Assembly: GCA_964019425.1 (NCBI GenBank)
Contig: OZ025781.1
Location: 1-64,000, forward strand
DNA: 64,000 bases
Direction: 5' to 3'
Source of the DNA: Flectonema sp. DT1601
Taxonomy: Eukaryota
The notes under the pieces are model-generated. The model ran no database searches and was not told where the DNA came from. It saw only the letters and a program-made list of their open reading frames with translations. Below, one piece after another: positions 28,594-38,316 of this stretch; within the stretch, counting starts at the first letter, position 1, and every line of letters begins with the position of its first letter. A program made the translations under genes and the position numbers.

Positions 28594-30246
28594 TCAGTTG
28601 AGATCAAAGTCCGAATCGTTACTTTCCATTTCTACGTCACGGTTTTTATCACTATCCTGCTTAGCAGCAGATTCGGTGGGCGGTGTTGTCGCTTGTGCTG
28701 TTGCTGGTGCTGGCGTTGGTGCTGATGGTGCTGGCGCTGGTGTTGGTGCTGATGTCGGCTGCTGAGTTGGTTGTTGTGGTTGAGGAGTTGTTTTTTGTCT
28801 CTTCAGGGTTCCCGTTAGTTTTTGAGCCGCGTCGCCTGGGATGTAGGTTGGGCCTAGCGGTTTTCTGTCAGTTCGTTTAACTTCTTTGTTTATCACAAGG
28901 TATTCATTAGTACCTATGCTTACGAAGTTGGGCGGTTGAGATTTCGCAATTGCAACAATAGTAGTACTCCCTCCTTTATGGAAAGAAGCAACAACTGTGT
29001 GTTCCCAGTTGTGTGAGGACTTCAAGAAGTCGCTGATCTGCGCTGTCGAGTACTTACGAATCGCCATCGAATTTATAACAAACCTGTCGCCCGAGGGCAG
29101 TGCAGGCTTGATTGCCGCGTTGAGCTTGATGCTGACTCTGATATTACAGTCAGGGTGGACTCGGAGTCCAAAACAGCTCTTGAACCTGCACATGTAGAAC
29201 TTTCCTTTGTATTCATCAAGTGCAGAAGTCTTGGACTTCGCTGCCAGGAAGCCAAGGTCGTTTTTGAATTGCAAAGTCGGCCAAACGTCACTTCCGTTCG
29301 ACCAACTCGGGTTTCTGATAAAGACATTCTTGGGTTTGTCAGTTTCAGGTTCGCTGTTGTTGTATTCCAGAACCTCGTGTACTTGGTTTCTGGGGACTCT
29401 GAAAGCCATCGAGGTGTGGGACTCGTTCTTCCTGTAGCTAAAGGGGTCCGCCTTTATCTTCAATTTCTTTAGAATATCGGTCGTTTTGACGGTCAATTCT
29501 TTCTCAGCTGATTTTCCCCAGTCTTGGATGAATAGAACTGGGTTGGGAGTTGGAATCTGGTGGCTAGTTGCTGCTTTAGAAAAGTCGTCACCAAATACGT
29601 GCGTGTAAAATACGCGCCTGATCTCGCAGACGCCACCCTTTTTTATCACCGGTAATGCTACTGGAACGGTGCTCTTTGTGAGCGGGATTTTGCTGATAGC
29701 AGCCCAACGGCCGCTCTTCTTTGTTTGGCGGAGTGCTTCTAAGTCTAGCTTCGAACGAACTAAAACAAGACCAGAGGTAAGGTTGTTTGTAGCATTAGCT
29801 GCTACGTCGTAACTGATGGTGGCCACAGCGCCTGCCCATGCACCGTGAATGTGCCACTCCGGGTAGCTTGCTTTTGCTTTTCCCTTCGTGGTTTGATTGT
29901 CCTTCATTGCTGTCGGTATCGGCAATGAGAACGGCTTCGTACTCGTTTGTTGATTAGAAGCTGTAGATGCTCCTGTAGTTGGTTGGTTGACACCTGTGGT
30001 TGAGGGTGTCGTCGCTTCTGCTGCCGTCGTCGCGGTCGCTTCCGTCCCACCACTCCCATCGAGTGTGTCCGGTGTCCTCCTCTTCATCTCCGGGTTCCCA
30101 CCTTCTGACCCAGCTACGAATTGAACGATCTCCATTAGGAGATTTGCCACCCTTCTTTCCTTCTCTTGCTCCGGGATCCCGTCTTCTCCCACTATCTTCA
30201 GGAGGTTTATTGCCTCCGATACCAACCTCCTCAGGTTGTCTCTCAT
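28594..30246 (-). CDS. LINE ORF1 (550 aa, function unknown)
   Basis: Long ORF from the first ATG after the SL remnant, in frame with ORF2. Confidence 0.8.
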   Translation of the reverse strand: MRDNLRRLVSEAINLLKIVGEDGIPEQEKERRVANLLMEIVQFVAGSEGGNPEMKRRTPDTLDGSGGTEATATTAAEATTPSTTGVNQPTTGASTASNQQTSTKPFSLPIPTAMKDNQTTKGKAKASYPEWHIHGAWAGAVATISYDVAANATNNLTSGLVLVRSKLDLEALRQTKKSGRWAAISKIPLTKSTVPVALPVIKKGGVCEIRRVFYTHVFGDDFSKAATSHQIPTPNPVLFIQDWGKSAEKELTVKTTDILKKLKIKADPFSYRKNESHTSMAFRVPRNQVHEVLEYNNSEPETDKPKNVFIRNPSWSNGSDVWPTLQFKNDLGFLAAKSKTSALDEYKGKFYMCRFKSCFGLRVHPDCNIRVSIKLNAAIKPALPSGDRFVINSMAIRKYSTAQISDFLKSSHNWEHTVVASFHKGGSTTIVAIAKSQPPNFVSIGTNEYLVINKEVKRTDRKPLGPTYIPGDAAQKLTGTLKRQKTTPQPQQPTQQPTSAPTPAPAPSAPTPAPATAQATTPPTESAAKQDSDKNRDVEMESNDSDFDLN

Positions 30247-30304
30247 AATTGCTTTTTCCTGTGAAACGTACCCACTGATTCTTACCAATATTAGGTTGCG
30301 AAAT

Positions 30305-30417
30305 CAATAAAGTACAGAAAGTACAGAAAGTACAGAAGTACAGAAGTACAGAAGTACAGAAGTACAAAGTACAGAAAGTACAGAAGTACAGAAGTACAGA
30401 AGTACAGAAGTACAGAA
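30305..30417 (-). repeat. SL 3' end (TTTCTGTACTTTATTG) preceded by a tandem run of (T)TTCTGTAC, ~13 units in all
   Basis: Last 16 nt are identical to the SL at 12500-12515. Confidence 0.85.
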
Positions 30418-30486
30418 GAACACCTTTTCGAAAACTTATTTATAAATAAAAATTGCAGAAAAGTAATAATAATAAAAAGTTGCGAT

Positions 30487-30558
30487 ATCCCAGGGGTAGT
30501 GGTATAACCCTCGCCCTGGGGCTGGGGTGATCGCTGGTTCGACCCCCTGCCACTGCAA
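30487..30558 (+). pseudogene. tRNA-like degenerate sequence
   Basis: GTAGTGGTATAA A-box-like and GGTTCGACCC B-box-like motifs at tRNA-like spacing; stems are poor. Confidence 0.3.
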
Positions 30559-30630
30559 TAACCCATCGCGCCCGTACACGCAATTAGTTCAAATCCTGCG
30601 CCCGAAGGGCGTCCAGGGTAGGCACCTGGA

Positions 30631-31005
30631 GACTCCCTACGTTAAGGGGAGGGAAGGGAAAATGGAAGGATTTCCATAAAGAGGCTACAGGGCTGCACAG
30701 CCGAGTGGATACCTTAAATCTCTTCGGTAGCCGTGGCAAGGGTTCAATTCCCAGGCACATTTTTTGTGTTTTTCAACCAGAAAAATTAGTAAGAAGAAAG
30801 TAGCAAGGAAAAGGGTACAAAATTGGACTTAACTTAACGCGAGCGAAGCAAGCGTAAAGTTAAGTTCAAATTTGTACCCTGGACGGGTACCTAGCCAGGG
30901 AATAAAAACAGACGTGACTTGGTTGTAAAAATAAGGTTTGTTCAGAAAGATTTAAAAAAAAAAAATTGTGTGCGAGCAACGCGAGCCTGGAAGGGGTATC
31001 TCTAG
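30631..31005 (+). mobile_element. Repeated module with a Helitron-like 3' end (copy 2)
   Basis: Near-identical to 1-418; ends CTAG|TGCGGGTTTGC. Confidence 0.45.
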
Positions 31006-31025
31006 TGCGGGTTTGCGGGTTTGCA

Positions 31026-31666
31026 GGGAACCGCGCGGCATTTATTTAAGTTAATTGTACTTTTTGGAAAGGGAAATAAAAAGAAACGAAGCTAAGAATT
31101 TTTAAGGCAAGAATAAATAATGCATCATAATTGTATCCGAACTGAGAGAGAAAAAAGGAGTTACGCCACAAGACTAACAGACAAAGAATTCCATACATTC
31201 ACAACGGGGTAGGGGGGCACCTGGTCCACACCTTGTGGAGAGGCCCGGTCGCGCACCGTCACAGGGGGTGGGCTTTCAAAACTTTAATGTAAAAGTCTGA
31301 AAAACCCTGTGATAAAGCTAAAAGAATGATATTGTGAGGAAAAATAAATCTTAAAAGTAATCTGATTTCTTTTCTGGACTTGAAAAGCCTAAGAAAGCTG
31401 TTTTAACAGGAACAGCTTGAATGCACTCGGAATCACAAAAATAGTCTAGGGGAAGTCCCTTTTGAAGAAAGACTGCTTGTCTAACGATCAGTCGGTGCAG
31501 CAAACTTATTGTCAATGAGCGGACCCTTTGGAAAACAGAAAAAACAATTGAAGTTGAGAACTCGAACTTCTTTTGACACCAGCGATAAATAATGAAATGA
31601 AAACAAGAGAAAATGATATTAGATAAATTAAACACTGCCATTTGCAAGGTTCCCAAGTGATAAGGG
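31026..31666 (-). mobile_element. Non-coding 'solo' B-spacer-A remnant of a further YR family
   Basis: Starts GGGAACCGC like the E1/E2 B ends, has a GGGGGTGGG spacer at ~31264-31272, and ends GCCATTTGCAAGGTTCCC-N-GG like the A ends. Short GGGTTTGC runs on both sides. Confidence 0.7.
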
Positions 31667-31892
31667 TTTGCGGGTTTGCGGGACTATAAAATAACTTTCG
31701 TTTGATGTATTTTACAAATAAGTTGCAAATACTTTCCGTCCCGATATCGAGAAAAGGGGAAAAAAAGGAAATGGCTTTAACTGAAACTAACACGGAAATT
31801 GCGAAACATATAACTATTTTATTGTTTTCCCGTCCAAACAATATTTTTCAGTACCTTACCAATACTTCAAACAAAAATACAAAAAATAAGAA

Positions 31893-34097
31893 TCAATTCA
31901 ACACTTTACATTTAACAGACTGTTCAAAGAGAGCTCTATTATTTTGAGGCAGCTGAACAGTTTTCAGGGCGCTGCATTTATTGAGGAAGTGCTCACCAAT
32001 TTTCTTCACATCACTAAGACCTGAAAGGTCAAGAGAAGTGATTTCTGAACATGCAAACAAAAAACTATTTCCAATACTGGTGACACTACTAAGACCTGAA
32101 AGGTCAAGAGAAGTGATTTTTAAAAACTCAGACAAGAAATCATTTCCAATACTGGTGACACTACTAAGACCTGAAAGGTCAAGAGAAGTGATTTCTGGAC
32201 AATTAAACAAAAAAAAATCTCCAATGCTGGTGACACTACCAAGACCTGAAAGGTCAAGAGAAGTGATTTCTGGACAATTAAACAAAAAAAAATCTCCAAT
32301 GCTGGTGACACTACTAAGACCTGAAAGGTCAAGAGAAGTGATTTTTAAAAACTCAGACAAGAAATAATGTCCAATACTGGTGACACGACTAAGAGCTGAA
32401 AGGTCAAGAGAAGTGATTTTTAAAAACTCAGACAAGAAATCATTTCCAATACTGGTGACACTACTAAGACCTGAAAGGTCAAGAGAAGTGATTTCTGAAC
32501 ATGCAAACAAAAAACTATTTCCAATACTGGTGACACTACTAAGACCTGAAAGGTCAAGAGAAGTGATTTCTGAACATGCAAACAAAAAACTATTTCCAAT
32601 ACTGGTGACACTACTAAGACCTGAAAGGTCAAGAGAAGTGATTTCTGAACATGCAAACAAAAAACTATTTCCAATACTGGTGACACTACTAAGACCTGAA
32701 AGGTCAAGAGAAGTGATTTTTAAAAACTCAGACAAGAAATCATTTCCAATACTGGTGACACTACTAAGACCTGAAAGGTCAAGAGAAGTGATTTCTGAAC
32801 ATGCAAACAAAAAACTATTTCCAATACTGGTGACACTACTAAGACCTGAAAGGTCAAGAGAAGTGATTTTTAAAAACTCAGACAAGAAATCATTTCCAAT
32901 ACTGGTGACACTACTAAGACCTGAAAGGTCAAGAGAAGTGATTTCTGGACAATTAAACAAAAAAAAATCTCCAATGCTGGTGACACTACTAAGACCGGAA
33001 AGGTCAAGAGAAGTGATTTTTAAAAACTCAGACAAGAAAAAATTTCCAATACTGGTGACACTACTAAGACCGGAAAGGTCAAGAGAAGTGATTTCTGAAC
33101 ATTTAAACAAAAAACTATTTCCAATACTGGTGACACTACTAAGACCGGAAAGGTCAAGAGAAGTGATTTTTAAAAACTCAGACAAGAAATAATTTCCAAT
33201 ACTGGTGACACTACTAAGACCTGAAAGGTCAAGAGAAGTGATTTCTGAACACTCACACAAAAAACCATGTCCAATACTGGTGACACTACTAAGACCGGAA
33301 AGGTCAAGAGAAGTGATTTCTGAACAATTATACAAAAAAAAATCTCCAATACTGGTGACACTACTAAGACCGGAAAGGTCAAGAGAAGTGATTTTTAAAA
33401 ACTCAGACAAGAAAAAATTTCCAATACTGGTGACACTACTAAGACCGGAAAGGTCAAGAGAAGTGATTTTTAAAAACTCAGACAAGAAATAATTTCCAAT
33501 ACTGGTGACACTACTAAGACCGGAAAGGTCAAGAGAAGTGATTTCTGAACAATTATACAAAAAAGAATCTCCAATACTGGTGACACTACTAAGACCTGAA
33601 AGGTCAAGAGAAGTGATTTTTGAACAATTACGCAAGAAGTCATCTCCAATAGCAGTAACCTGTGAGGTGACCGTGCTATTGCAATTTGAATGGCGGAAGG
33701 AAATCCGTTTGGCATCTGAAGGAAGCAACCCCTTGTCAATAGTGAGGCAACCATCCACCGAGAATGTGGGAGTGTCCAGACATAAATCCTCCGTAATGTG
33801 GTCTCTGATCCAAAGAAGCAGCTTCTCCCTTTTACTATCGTCAACAAACCAGCATTTACCGAAGATCCGAACCAGCTTCTCCCATATTTCCAACTCGCTG
33901 TTTGCACCCACTCCATGATCTGCTAGCCGATCACTGTCGCAAAGGGCATCACCAGCGAACGACAGTTCAACTTCCTCCAGATCGACATCCCACTCGCCAG
34001 CCGCTGCCGTCAACACGTCGCTCACAACAGAATCAGCACCAACTGTGACTGACACCGCAGGGAATCCTAAATCCGGACACGTCACGAAAACTTGCAT
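31893..34097 (-). CDS. Ubiquitin-like N-terminal domain plus ~22 x 25-aa leucine-rich repeats (BspA-like)
   Basis: ITSLDLSGLSSVTSIGxxFL repeats (75-bp units); N-terminus MQVFV...LSFAG..L.D...L...GV...S.L is Ubl-like. Confidence 0.85.
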   Translation of the reverse strand: MQVFVTCPDLGFPAVSVTVGADSVVSDVLTAAAGEWDVDLEEVELSFAGDALCDSDRLADHGVGANSELEIWEKLVRIFGKCWFVDDSKREKLLLWIRDHITEDLCLDTPTFSVDGCLTIDKGLLPSDAKRISFRHSNCNSTVTSQVTAIGDDFLRNCSKITSLDLSGLSSVTSIGDSFLYNCSEITSLDLSGLSSVTSIGNYFLSEFLKITSLDLSGLSSVTSIGNFFLSEFLKITSLDLSGLSSVTSIGDFFLYNCSEITSLDLSGLSSVTSIGHGFLCECSEITSLDLSGLSSVTSIGNYFLSEFLKITSLDLSGLSSVTSIGNSFLFKCSEITSLDLSGLSSVTSIGNFFLSEFLKITSLDLSGLSSVTSIGDFFLFNCPEITSLDLSGLSSVTSIGNDFLSEFLKITSLDLSGLSSVTSIGNSFLFACSEITSLDLSGLSSVTSIGNDFLSEFLKITSLDLSGLSSVTSIGNSFLFACSEITSLDLSGLSSVTSIGNSFLFACSEITSLDLSGLSSVTSIGNSFLFACSEITSLDLSGLSSVTSIGNDFLSEFLKITSLDLSALSRVTSIGHYFLSEFLKITSLDLSGLSSVTSIGDFFLFNCPEITSLDLSGLGSVTSIGDFFLFNCPEITSLDLSGLSSVTSIGNDFLSEFLKITSLDLSGLSSVTSIGNSFLFACSEITSLDLSGLSDVKKIGEHFLNKCSALKTVQLPQNNRALFEQSVKCKVLN

Positions 34098-34294
34098 TGT
34101 TGTTTTTTTTGCTTTTTTTTTTAGTAATCTACTGAAAGAAAAAAAGATGTACTAATCTTGCTGAAGTGCCCCAAACGGTAAAGTAATAAGGAAAAACTGA
34201 AAAGCAGCTTCCATTCCTGAACAGTGCAACATATTCTGTGGTTGTAATTTCCTATAAAATACTATTACTGCTCTACCCTGTTTGTAAACAATAC

Positions 34295-34387
34295 AGTATA
34301 AAAGACAAACATAGAAGTGAAAAGAACAAAAACAAAGAGTCTGGAAGCACAGACGAGTGTAACCAAAAAAAAAAAAAAAAAAAAAAA
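34295..34387 (+). mobile_element. Severely 5'-truncated copy of the LINE (3' UTR end plus poly(A))
   Basis: Reverse complement of ~24186-24282 with a few differences. Confidence 0.8.
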
Positions 34388-35030
34388 CAGAAGCAGGACA
34401 CTCGCCTTACACGTGAGGGATCCTCGGTTACGTGTGCAGAAGGAGTTCAACAGCCCGAAGGAAAGAAGCATTGGAGGTGGAGACCCTAGGGTAGCTGCCC
34501 AAGAAGCTGCTATTAAAAGAAGTGTTGGTATGCAGTTCCCCAATTCACATTTATATTAGACAGGTATGCAAGTTTGCACCGAGTTCGCAGCAGGTACTTC
34601 AAGGTAGTGGAGGGAAGCTTCGATAACTTGCACTTAAAGGCAGTGGAGCGAAACTTCGACATCTTGCGGGTAGCTGCCCGAAGAAGCTGCTGTTGAAAGA
34701 AGCGTTGGTGATGAATAAAAGAAGGCAAAAGTTCCCTGTTTCTTGTACCAGAATGGTGACAACCCCTCAATCCCAGGTTCATTGTCATGGTGCGAGAAGA
34801 CGAAGCCGCCATCACTGAGGTGACTAATCACATCAGCCACAACGTCGTTCAAAACACTATCGTTCGTATCCCCCAAGGTATTTGATAAAAATCTTCTGAA
34901 GGCAAACTCGTTCCATTAGGGGGCAGTTTAGATATCATCCCTGAGAATCCCTTACTGATGTGACGGTACACTCCGCCCCCGAAATGCGAAATTTTCGGAA
35001 TTGGCATACCCCATGCCTTCTGGCAGCAGA

Positions 35031-35697
35031 GTTTCTGCACCGACCTTCCATCACACATGAGCCTTGCAAGATAGACTCTCTTGCTCATATGCGTGATGTC
35101 CAACTTGCGGTGCAGGAATTTTTGACTCGCGATGTGGTGGTGGCGTGACGGCGCCCCCGTCCTGTGGCCATGCATGCCTTTCGCAGCCTGGTCCGGACGA
35201 TTTCGCCTCTGTGGCGCCCTGCTACCCCCGTCGCAAATGAATACACTTCGTACGTGGATAATACTTCAACTATCGATTACTATAATTCACAACCATCATC
35301 TCCCATCACAGCTGCGATATACTTTATGGATAAGACATGAGACACGACGGCATGTTAGAATTCGATATAGCTGATCAATTGCATCCTTAATTGGGTTCCG
35401 TCATTCTCCTTTAGTATTAATTGCTTGCTTACTCCCTCTCTGTTTTCTATTTCATCATTACTTATACATTTTTATAGCAGATATCGCATAGTAAATGCAG
35501 AGCGGTTCCCTCACCTTTACAGGAAACAGCTCAAATGGCATTGCAATATCACAGCCTTGATTTAGCGCTTGGCGCCGAGTTCTTGTAAAGAGATTTTACT
35601 TTATTCCGCCGTTATTCTCTGGTGAATATTGTTCTTTCTACTTTCAGGTTTGGCTGGCTTTGCTTTTAAAGAAAACAACTTTTTTGTTCCCACCCAC
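35031..35697 (+). mobile_element. Diverged 3' fragment of the E2 family (RT end, B1, A2, start of spacer)
   Basis: Reverse complement of ~7755-8430 (EPCKIDSLAHMRDVQLAVQEFLTRDVVVA). Ends CCCACCCAC, followed by degenerate GGTTTGC units. Confidence 0.9.
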
Positions 35698-36388
35698 GTT
35701 TGCGGTTTGCGGGTTTGCGGACTTTCTCCAGTTACAGAATCTTAAGGCAAACGTTAATTTGCGGAAGAGTTCAGATTGCGGCAACAATCGTAAAGTAATA
35801 AGGAAAAACTGAAAAGCAGCTTCGATTCCTGAATAGTGAACATATTCTGTGGTTGTCGCAGCTGCGCCGTAGGAGGAGCATTCGCAGGACCTGATGTTAG
35901 AGACAACTCCTTCCTCTCACGCCACCAATCACTACCTCGCACTCATTTCATCAGATCACTGATAAAGAAGTTAATTGTTCAGCAACTAAAGAATAAGATC
36001 AAAGCTGTCGAGACAACAATTAAAGTCCAGTAACACACTGCGCTAATTACGCCTTCCGGGGTTGGTTAGTTCAAATGTTAATATAACGTTTGAACCACTC
36101 CGGTAAATTTGCGACAAGATAAAACGGTGCAGAAAAAAAAAAAAAAAAAGAAAAAGAAAATAATAATAAAAGAACCGTTTCTTCTGTCATCATCAAGACC
36201 TCAGGTTACGTGATGAGATTCTTTTGTATTGAACAAATCTTCTGTTGGTAAAAGAACACCAAGTTACCAAGAGCTTTAGTAGTTAAAATACAACAGATTC
36301 AGTTGCATTTTAGATGTCCAAGAAACCTTAAATGAGGTTCAGAGGCTCCATCAAAATTAATAATCAGAGTCGCACTCTTCATGTCGAT

Positions 36389-37627
36389 CTACTTGGTGCG
36401 AGATTCGATAAAATCGCGGCAGTCGGGTCGGATTTCGAGGAATTCTTTCCAAATAGCATCACGCATTTGGTCAGTTTGAGGATTAGTATGTTCGTACCGA
36501 CTGGCTGTTGGTTCTGTACCCCATCGGACATCCTGACCGACTGGAGGAGGTCCAAAAAACGGATTTTCAATAGCTTTGCAGCAGCTTGGGCGTTCAGGGT
36601 GCTTTACTTTTAATAAACTCAGAATTAGATTAATTTCGGAATCGTCGGCTGATGGAATCTTACGAAGATCATTTTCCAGAGATCCGTCAGAAATGCATCG
36701 AGTGATTTTATTACTTTGAGCAAAGGGACCCTGTCCGCAACCCTTCGTAAACACTGGAGCGCATGTTAACATCTCCGCCATTATGCAGCCACAAGCCCAC
36801 ATGTCTACCCAATACGGAGCAGTGTTTTCCTTGTCTTGACAAAGAAGCACTTCGGGAGATCGATAATACATTGTTGTTATGTTATTCCCTCCAGTAACAT
36901 CGAAGGAAGGTACCGGAAGACCGTCTGAAGTTTCAAATCCGCCGCGAGTAGTACCAAAGTCGCAAATAACCAGCCGGTAGGGGTACTCCGAATCCTCAGG
37001 CATTTCCTTAATCAGAAGGTTTTCAGGTTTTAGATCGCGATGAACGCAGCCAGCAGAATGGATTGCTTTTACACCTCTGAGAAGTTGATACGCGAATGAA
37101 GCTCTGTAGTAGATATCTAACGGTGTTGGGTTGTCGTCTGATTCTGATTTGGATTGTTCAATCAGAGACTTCAAAGAATCATCGTATAAATCAGTTACTA
37201 AATAAACATCATTAAAGTCTGCTACTCTCATATTAATCATTTCTGGTGTTTCAAGATCGCTGATATCTCCCAAAGGAATCATCAAGTCAACCAGTTGGAG
37301 AATATTTTCATGTGCTCCACTCTCAGTGTTGCTGTTTTTAGTAAAGTGCTTCATAATTCTAATTTCCCTAATAGCACTTTTCATCCTCGCTTCACACTCA
37401 AATACTGTTATCGATTTCTTCACAGCAACATCAGTATTGGTTTCTTTATTCCTTGCAATCGCCACGTAACCATAACTACCAAAAGCAACTCCTTGTATCA
37501 TCGTGTATCTTGAAAACACTTCTAAGCCTACTCTTCGATATGTATCAGTTCCATCAGGAAAGAACAAACACTGTCGGTGGCAAGTAAACGGAGTAGTCTC
37601 CTCCAGACTGGGGGCGGAATCCGCCAT
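36389..37627 (-). CDS. CMGC/MAPK-like Ser/Thr protein kinase
   Basis: GSYGYV, VAVKK, HRDLKPEN, DFG, YRSPE, DMWACG; no TxY motif in the activation loop. Confidence 0.92.
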   Translation of the reverse strand: MADSAPSLEETTPFTCHRQCLFFPDGTDTYRRVGLEVFSRYTMIQGVAFGSYGYVAIARNKETNTDVAVKKSITVFECEARMKSAIREIRIMKHFTKNSNTESGAHENILQLVDLMIPLGDISDLETPEMINMRVADFNDVYLVTDLYDDSLKSLIEQSKSESDDNPTPLDIYYRASFAYQLLRGVKAIHSAGCVHRDLKPENLLIKEMPEDSEYPYRLVICDFGTTRGGFETSDGLPVPSFDVTGGNNITTMYYRSPEVLLCQDKENTAPYWVDMWACGCIMAEMLTCAPVFTKGCGQGPFAQSNKITRCISDGSLENDLRKIPSADDSEINLILSLLKVKHPERPSCCKAIENPFFGPPPVGQDVRWGTEPTASRYEHTNPQTDQMRDAIWKEFLEIRPDCRDFIESRTK

Positions 37628-38316
37628 GTTTGTATGTTTCTGTGACGGTTAAGATAGGTTTGAAAGCTTTTTGCTGGAATTTTATTATTTAACATCAAAT
37701 TGTCACTGATGTCACTGTTTTCAACATCATCACATTCACACATCATCCGCTATGAGTGCTAATCAGTTAAGTTCAAGAAATTGGTGGGGAAGGGGAACCG
37801 ACTCTCAGTTTTTCAACAGTCTGCTGCTTTAAAGCAGATTGAAAAGAGAACAGTAGTAACACAGCAACAATGAAAACGAACCAGAAAATAATAACAGAAA
37901 ACAAGACAGTCAAGACAGAAAGTAAGCAATTCTAACGACATCTGGAAACACGGATCTTTCAGTGTTTCACATAAGTTGTTCAGATTGAGAATGATTACAA
38001 GCTTTAAATCTCTTTAATCCTTTTTAAAATTGAAAAGAAATGAGAGATTCTATTTTTATCTGATTTAAATAGTCACCAAATGGTCACGTCTGCCTGACAA
38101 TTAACTCCCTCGGTTGCATATCATAACAACTTTATAAAAAAAAATTTAAAAAAAATTTTCGCTATTGCGCGAGGGAACAAACCGATTCGCGAAGCAAAAG
38201 TGAGATAAATAAATCAGAAAATGGATATTTGGAGTACTGAGGAGTACTAAGTAATCGAATATCCCCCCATGAATATTATTATCAATACTAAACTAAACTA
38301 TTGGTGCAAAGCAGGT

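Larger units (their letters stand above)
24186..30420 (-). mobile_element. Full-length non-LTR retrotransposon (APE-RT-RNaseH, Ingi/I-like)
   Basis: Poly(A) tail at 24186-24207; candidate TSD CACCTTTT at 24182-24189 and 30421-30428; two long in-frame ORFs. Confidence 0.92.

Noticed and set aside
28594..28596. Genome-wide UGA reassignment as the explanation of the in-frame UGAs
   Set aside because: Host genes (e.g. ending at 31893, 38317, 50814, 62313) terminate at TGA, and long ORFs contain no internal TGA.
30305..30420. SLACS/CZAR/CRE-type insertion into an SL RNA gene
   Set aside because: The element has an APE endonuclease, the SL piece lies inside the candidate TSD, and no SL gene remainder is on the other flank.
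31981..33918. Plus-strand and alternative-frame ORFs over the LRR gene, and similar ones over the YR elements and the EGF gene
   Set aside because: Shadows of repetitive or GC-rich coding sequence, with no independent motifs.
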